Below are positions 28,621 through 33,706 of a DNA stretch of 33,706 bases, one piece after another. The first letter of the stretch is position 1. The number at the start of each line of letters is the position of its first letter. Origin of the DNA: Candidatus Sysuimicrobiota bacterium (GTDB lineage Bacteria > Sysuimicrobiota > Sysuimicrobiia > Sysuimicrobiales > Sysuimicrobiaceae); the NCBI GenBank assembly GCA_040289515.1, contig PSLI01000025.1, forward strand, positions 1 through 33,706. Direction: 5' to 3'. The notes beneath the pieces are model-generated. The model saw only the letters and a list, made by a program, of their open reading frames with translations. It did no database searches and was not told where the DNA came from. A program made the translations under genes and the position numbers.

Positions 28621-29766
28621 ATGAGTGCGGAGTTCGGCAGCCTCACGGAGCACGTGGTAGAGTTCAGCCGACGGCTGCGGGCGCGGGGTGTGCTGTGCGG
28701 CCCTGCGGAGACCGCGGACGCCCTGCGGGCCCTGCAAGCCGTGAACGTGCTGGACCGGGAGGCCTTCCGTCTGGCCCTTCGCACCACCCTGCCGCACCGC
28801 CGGGAGGACCTGGCGGTGTTCGACGCCCTGTTCGACGCGTACTGGCGGGCCCGGACTCCTCCGGAGTCGGACCGCCGGGGCGAGCCCTCAGAGCCGCGCT
28901 CTGTCGCCGAGGTGGCTGCCGCGAGACCGCCCTCGCTCCGGCGCCTGGCAGAGGAGGCAGCGGAAGGGCAACAGGATCTACCGGGCTACAGCCCCCTGGA
29001 GGTGCTGACCCGCAAGGACTTCTCAAGCTTCCGGGAAGACGAGCTGGACGTGATCGCGCGTCTGGTAGCGGCCATCGCGCGCCGCATCGCCACCCGGTGG
29101 GGTCGCCGTCGGCGCCGGGCGCGGCGCAGCCACCTCCTGGACATGCGCCGGACCCTGCGCTTGCACCTGCGGTGGGGCGGGGAGTTCCCCGAGCTGGCCT
29201 TCCGCCGCCGCAAGGTCCGCAAGCACCGGGTGGTGCTTTTGTGCGACGTGTCCGGCTCCATGGACGTGTACAGCCGGTTCCTGATCCAGTTCGTGTACGC
29301 CCTGCAGGAGGCCCTGGGCCGGGTGGAGTCCTTCGTGTTCAGCACCTCCCTTACCCGGGTCACGGACCAGCTGCGCACCCGCTCCCTGCGGGCCGCCCTG
29401 GGCCGCCTGAGCCAGGTGGTGCCCAACTGGTCGGGTGGGACGAAGATCGGCACGAGCCTGCGGCAGTTCCTGGACCGGTACGGGGGCCTGCTGGATCGCC
29501 ACACGGTGGTGCTCATCGTCAGCGACGGGTGGGACACGGGGGAGGTGGACGTGCTGCGCGGGGCCATGCAGGAGATCCGGGATCGTGCAGCCCGCGTTGT
29601 GTGGCTGAATCCCCTGCTGGGGAGCCCGGGTTATCAGCCGCTCACCCGGGGGATGCAGGCCGCCCTACCCTACGTGCATGTGTTCGCATCGGCTCACAAC
29701 GTGGACAGCTTGAGGGAGCTGGAGCACGTCCTGGGGCGCACGCGGGAGCGGCTAGCAAGGAGGTAG
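28621..29766 (+). CDS. coxE: VWA-domain protein, CoxE-like
   Basis: LCDVSGSM MIDAS motif, FVFSTSLTRVT, WSGGTKIG, SDGWDTG, VWLNPLLG and YQPLTRGM. Confidence 0.9.
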   Translation: MSAEFGSLTEHVVEFSRRLRARGVLCGPAETADALRALQAVNVLDREAFRLALRTTLPHRREDLAVFDALFDAYWRARTPPESDRRGEPSEPRSVAEVAAARPPSLRRLAEEAAEGQQDLPGYSPLEVLTRKDFSSFREDELDVIARLVAAIARRIATRWGRRRRRARRSHLLDMRRTLRLHLRWGGEFPELAFRRRKVRKHRVVLLCDVSGSMDVYSRFLIQFVYALQEALGRVESFVFSTSLTRVTDQLRTRSLRAALGRLSQVVPNWSGGTKIGTSLRQFLDRYGGLLDRHTVVLIVSDGWDTGEVDVLRGAMQEIRDRAARVVWLNPLLGSPGYQPLTRGMQAALPYVHVFASAHNVDSLRELEHVLGRTRERLARR

Positions 29767-29770
29767 GACC

Positions 29771-30892
29771 ATGCGGGAGCTTCTGGACGTCCTAGGCAGG
29801 CTGCGGGAAGCGCGGGCGCGGGGTGAACAGGCTGCTCTGGCCACGGTGGTCGGGGTTCGGGGCTCCACCTATCGGCGGGAGGGAGCGCGGCTGCTGGTAA
29901 CCTCCTCGGGCCGCACCGTGGGGTCGGTGTCTGGCGGCTGCTTGGAAGGAGACATCCAGGTGGTGGCCGAGGAGGTCCTCCAGGACGGCCGGCCGCGGCT
30001 CCTCCACTACGACCTCACGGCGGACGACGACGCGGTGTGGGGGCTGGGGCTAGGGTGCAACGGGGTGATCGACGTGCTGCTGGAGAAGGTGGGTGCCACG
30101 GATCCCTCCCCGGAAGCTTACCTTGCGCGGGCCGTGGAGCAGGAGGTGCCCCTGGCGGTGGTGTACGTGGTGGGACCCGAGAACTCACCTGCCCTCGGCC
30201 GCAGGTTGCTGGTGGAGGGAACCGGACAGGTGACCGGCAGTCTCGGCGGAACGGGCCTGGACGCGGCGGCAGTGGAGCTGGGGCGGGCCGCCCTGGCTTC
30301 CGAGCGGCCCTGCCGCGCCGCGGTGGAGGGCTGCGAACTGTTCGCGGAGCCCATTCTGCCGCCTCCGCGGCTCGTGGTGTGCGGCGCGGGGCACGACGCC
30401 ATTCCCGTGGTGCGGCTGGCAGCGGAGCTGGGCTTCCGCCCCGTGGTGGTGGATCGGCGGGAGAAGTTCCTGACGCGCGAGCGGTTCCCGGAGGCGTACG
30501 GGTTCGTGCACACGGAGTTCCCCCAGGCCGCGCAGGCCGCACGTACGGACAGGCGGACCTACGTGGTGGTGATGACCCACAACTACCTGCACGACCGCGA
30601 CCTTCTGCGCTCCTTCCTCACGCACGAACCACCCCCGGCGTACCTGGGTGTGCTCGGGCCGCGGGAGCGGACCCAGAAGATCCTGCAGGAGCTGGCCACC
30701 GCCGGGGTCGTCCCGTCTGAGGAGCAACGCCGACGGCTGTTCGCGCCGGTGGGGCTTGACATCGGCGCGGAGGGCCCCGAGCAGATCGCGCTGAGCATCC
30801 TGGCGGAGATCCTCGCCGCCCGGACGGGCAGGACGGGCGGGTTTTTACGGGACCGGCCCACCCGGATCCACGAGCCGGTGGCCAGCATTTGA
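29771..30892 (+). CDS. xdhC: XdhC/CoxF family molybdo-hydroxylase maturation factor
   Basis: ATVV..RGSTYR..GA, GSVSGGCLE, GLGCNG, GAGHDA, MTHNY..D and APVGLDIGAEGPEQIALSILAEI motifs. Confidence 0.92.
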   Translation: MRELLDVLGRLREARARGEQAALATVVGVRGSTYRREGARLLVTSSGRTVGSVSGGCLEGDIQVVAEEVLQDGRPRLLHYDLTADDDAVWGLGLGCNGVIDVLLEKVGATDPSPEAYLARAVEQEVPLAVVYVVGPENSPALGRRLLVEGTGQVTGSLGGTGLDAAAVELGRAALASERPCRAAVEGCELFAEPILPPPRLVVCGAGHDAIPVVRLAAELGFRPVVVDRREKFLTRERFPEAYGFVHTEFPQAAQAARTDRRTYVVVMTHNYLHDRDLLRSFLTHEPPPAYLGVLGPRERTQKILQELATAGVVPSEEQRRRLFAPVGLDIGAEGPEQIALSILAEILAARTGRTGGFLRDRPTRIHEPVASI

Positions 30893-31488
30893 CGGAGCGC
30901 GATCCGGCCTTGGCAGCGGTGGTGCTGGCGGCGGGTGCCAGCCGGCGCATGGGCCAGGACAAGCTTCTGCTGCGCTGGCGCGGCGTGAGCCTGCTGCGGC
31001 ACGCTGCAGAGGCCGCCGTGGCCGCATGCGGGCGCGTGGTGGTGGTGGTGGGGCCGAACCCGGATCGCATGCGGGCGGAGCTGGAGGGGCTGCCCGTGGA
31101 GGTGGTCGACAATCCGGACTACCGGGAGGGGATCGCCAGCTCTTTGCGCTGCGGGTTGCGGAAAGTCCTGGATGCCCCCGCGGTGCTGATCACCCTGGCG
31201 GACCAGCCGGCGTTGACGGCGGACCACCTACGCCAGCTGGTGCAGGCGTACCGGAGCACCGGGGCTCGGGTGGTGGCTGCGTCGTACGCAGACACCGCAG
31301 GGGCACCCGCGGTGTTTGCCCGGGAGCTGTTTGCAGATCTCCTGGAGCTGCGAGGGGATACAGGAGCCAAGCAGGTTGTGGATCGCCACCGCGAAGGGGC
31401 GATCCTTGTTCCGCTGCCGGAAGCCGCGTGGGACGTGGATACCCCGCAGGACTGGCAGGACTGGATCCGCACCGCTCAGCAGGCCTGA
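30889..31488 (+). CDS. mocA: Molybdenum cofactor cytidylyltransferase-like NTP transferase
   Basis: LAAGASRRMG..KLLL, NPDYREGIASSL, LADQP, GDTGAK and DVDTP motifs; TTGA overlap with xdhC. Confidence 0.85.
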   Translation: MTERDPALAAVVLAAGASRRMGQDKLLLRWRGVSLLRHAAEAAVAACGRVVVVVGPNPDRMRAELEGLPVEVVDNPDYREGIASSLRCGLRKVLDAPAVLITLADQPALTADHLRQLVQAYRSTGARVVAASYADTAGAPAVFARELFADLLELRGDTGAKQVVDRHREGAILVPLPEAAWDVDTPQDWQDWIRTAQQA

Positions 31489-31489
31489 A

Positions 31490-31771
31490 AATCCCTGCCA
31501 GCGCCGCCAAAGCCTCGCCCAGCTGCGCCCGGGTGGGCTGTGCGGAGGTGAGAAGCCGTCGCAGGGCGTACCGGGCGTCCGCCACGCGGTTGCGGGCTTC
31601 CCGCAGGGTCACCCGGTGGCGGTCGAACACCGCTTCAAACCGAGCGCGCACCTCCGGGTCCCAGCCGCTCGCTCCCGGCGGGACCGCGGGAGCCGCGTGC
31701 AGTCTGACCACGGTACCCACCAGCAGCCCCAACATCGCCACCACCGTAGCGACCACCGCCCGTAGCCACAA
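31490..31771 (-). pseudogene. Probable truncated exported helical protein (Spy/CpxP/heavy-metal-sensor-like)
   Basis: Strong GGAGGAGGTG RBS before TTG 31771, a signal peptide, then an amphipathic pattern (RARFEAVFDRHR..LR..R..LRRLL...P). It has no stop of its own and runs antisense through mocA to 31190. The family assignment is tentative. Confidence 0.5.
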
Positions 31772-31921
31772 GGCGGTCACCTCCTCCCGTTGTCGTGCTC
31801 AGCCGGATAGACGGCTGCCGGGGGGATCTGGTTGATCCCAGCGCCGTCCTCTGCCGGATCCCTCGGGGCGGGGGCGGAGCGCTATGCTGGGTTCGACCTC
31901 AACGAGGGGAGGGAGTCCATC

Positions 31922-33187
31922 ATGGCAGAACCGGCTCTGGCAACCTCCGCGGATCCCTGGGAGATGGCCCTGGAGCAGTTCCACCGGGCCGCGCGGTACG
32001 TGTCGCTGAAGCGGGGCATCCGGGAGTTCCTGGCGTACCCCAAGCGGGAGCTCACGGTGAACTTCCCGGTGAAAATGGACGACGGCTCAGTCCGCATCTT
32101 CACCGGCTACCGGGTGCACCACAGCACCGTGCTGGGGCCCACCAAGGGGACATCCGTTACCACCCGCAGGTGACCCTCAACGAGGTGCGGGCCTTGGCCA
32201 TGTGGATGACGTGGAAGTGCGCCATCGCGGGCCTGCCCTACGGGGGCGCCAAGGGGGGCGTGGTGTGCGACCCCAAGCAGCTGTCCGCGTCGGAGCTGGA
32301 GAGGCTCACGCGGCGGTACGCCACGGAGATCAGCGCCCTCATGGGCCCCGAAAGCGACATCCCCGCCGCCGACGTGGGCACCAACCCGCAGGTGATGGCG
32401 TAGATCATGGACACGTACAGCATGCACCGGGGCTACTCGGTGCCCGCGGTGGTCACGGGAAAGCCCGTGTCCGTGGGCGGCTCCTTGGGCCGGGAGGAGG
32501 CCACGGGGTTGGGTTGCGCCTTGGCGGCGCGGGAAGCCGCGAAGACACTGGGGATCCCGCTGGAGGGGGCCCGGGTGGCGGTCCAGGGGTTCGGCAACGT
32601 GGGCTCCGTGGCCGCGCTGACCCTGCACCGGATGGGAGCGGTGCTGGTGGCCGCCAGCGACTCCCGCGGCGGGGTGTACAACCCTCAGGGCCTGGATCCC
32701 GAAGCCCTGGTGCGGCACAAGCGCGCCACGGGCACCGTGGCGGACTTCCCCCAGGGCAACCGGGTGGCCGGCGAGGAGGTGCTGGAGTTGCCGTGCGACA
32801 TCCTGGTGCCCGCGGCCCTGGAGGGCCAGCTGCGGCGGGAGAACGCTCCACGGGTGAAGGCAAAGCTGGTCATCGAGGGTGCCAACGGGCCCACCACCCC
32901 AGAGGCGGACGACCTGCTGCAGGGCCCGGGGCGTGGTGGTGGTGCCCGACATCGTGGCGAACGCGGGTGGGGTGATTGTGTCCTACTTCGAGTGGGTGCA
33001 GGACCTGCAGGCGTTCTTCTGGACCGAAGAAGAGGTCCGGCAGCGGCTGGAACGGCTGCTGACGCGCAGCTTCCGGGACGTGTGGCGCACCGCGCAGGAC
33101 CGCGGGATCGACCTCCGCACCGCGGCCCTGGTGCGGGCCATCGAGCGGGTGGCGAATGCCCTGTACACGCGGGGCATCTACCCGTGA
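31922..33187 (+). pseudogene. gdhA: Glutamate dehydrogenase (Glu/Leu/Phe/Val family) pseudogene
   Basis: GYRVHH...GPTKG, then a 1-nt deletion near 32147 (KGGIRYHP broken). [14 protein letters not shown] follow, then TAG at 32401-32403 where MAWIMD is expected. [13 protein letters not shown] and EGANGPTT follow, then a 1-nt insertion near 32922 before [19 protein letters not shown]. Confidence 0.93.
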
Positions 33188-33256
33188 GCGGGCGGCAGGA
33201 GATCCGCGGCAGGCCGGGGTACAGTCGCGGATAGAACGGCGAAAGGGGGGAAGAAT

Positions 33257-33672
33257 ATGCGGACGGTGTGGGTCCCGCTGGCGGTGGCAGGCCCCCTGGT
33301 CCCCGGGTCGTGGAGCGCCGCGGGCCCCGCCACCTGTGCTCTGGGCGTACCGCACTGAAGCTCGGGGTGCAGGGCGCGGCCTCGGGCCCCCACGCGGACT
33401 ACGGGCGGCAGATCGAGATGGGCGCGCAGTTGGCCCTCGAGGAGATCAACGCCGTGGGCGGGATCCTGGGCTGCCGCCTGGAGAAGCGGTTCATGGATGA
33501 GGAGCTCCGACCTGCCACCGCCGTGCGCAACGCCCGCTACCTGGTGACGGAGTGGGGCGCCCACTTCCTCTATGGGGTGGACAGCAGCGGGTCCGCCATG
33601 GCCCTGGGCCCCGTGCTGCGGGAGCTGGACCGCATCCACTTCTTTACCCCCGCCGGAGCCGTCAAGGGCTGA
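33257..33672 (+). pseudogene. Truncated, frameshifted Liv/HAAT-type ABC substrate-binding protein
   Basis: ATG 33257 opens a degenerate signal peptide that stops at 33356-33358. A second frame reads LKLGVQGAASGPHADYG...ALEEINAVGGILG...GVDSSG and ends after about one third of the expected length. Confidence 0.8.
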
Positions 33673-33706
33673 GTTAAGCCGTTCACCGGCAGGGGTGTGT
33701 TGGGAG

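Noticed and set aside
27637..29766. MoxR AAA+ plus VWA pair as an anti-phage or novel conflict system
   Set aside because: The motifs match the CoxD/CoxE subfamily, and the adjacent xdhC and mocA explain the pair as molybdoenzyme maturation.
23173..32403. In-frame TGA (AKR, 23175-23173) and TAG (gdh, 32401-32403) as selenocysteine, pyrrolysine or stop-codon reassignment
   Set aside because: Both genes carry additional frameshifts or deletions. The gdh TAG is one transition from the expected Trp TGG. TGA and TAG terminate many intact genes in this window.
24195..32930. Programmed ribosomal frameshifting in hyi or gdh
   Set aside because: No X XXY YYZ slippery heptamer at the shift sites, no precedent I know of in these families, and multiple lesions in gdh.

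Overview
High-GC bacterial chromosomal window (roughly 70% GC by eye) with a Gram-positive/Terrabacteria-like gene set; an Armatimonadota-like thermophile is my guess only. The left ~22.7 kb is intact and mostly housekeeping. It holds the end of a his operon (hisA'-hisF-hisIE), a metallophosphoesterase, a PduO-type adenosyltransferase and an ATPase-less carbohydrate ABC importer. Next is a divergent TCA cluster (gntR-sdhCDAB <- -> icd-mdh-sucCD), then yvlD-rapZ-yvcK, and a DUF1445 (D-glutamate cyclase-like) gene heading a Liv-type ABC importer with a permease-ATPase fusion. The right ~11 kb mixes intact genes (atypical receiver protein, garR, glnA, a secreted hypothetical protein, coxD-coxE-xdhC-mocA) with five broken ones (aldo/keto reductase, hyi, a Spy/CpxP-like remnant, gdh, a truncated ABC binding protein). 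I found no rRNA, tRNA, CRISPR array, transposase, integrase or defence system, and I cannot support a wholly new system. Best leads: a FadR-type regulator with a candidate operator over the TCA divergon promoter, a repeated sigmaH-like motif (GCAGGA-N16-CGAA) before two genes, the DUF1445-Liv uptake module, and localized gene decay ending in a structured junction at the window edge. All family assignments are from motif recognition, not database searches.
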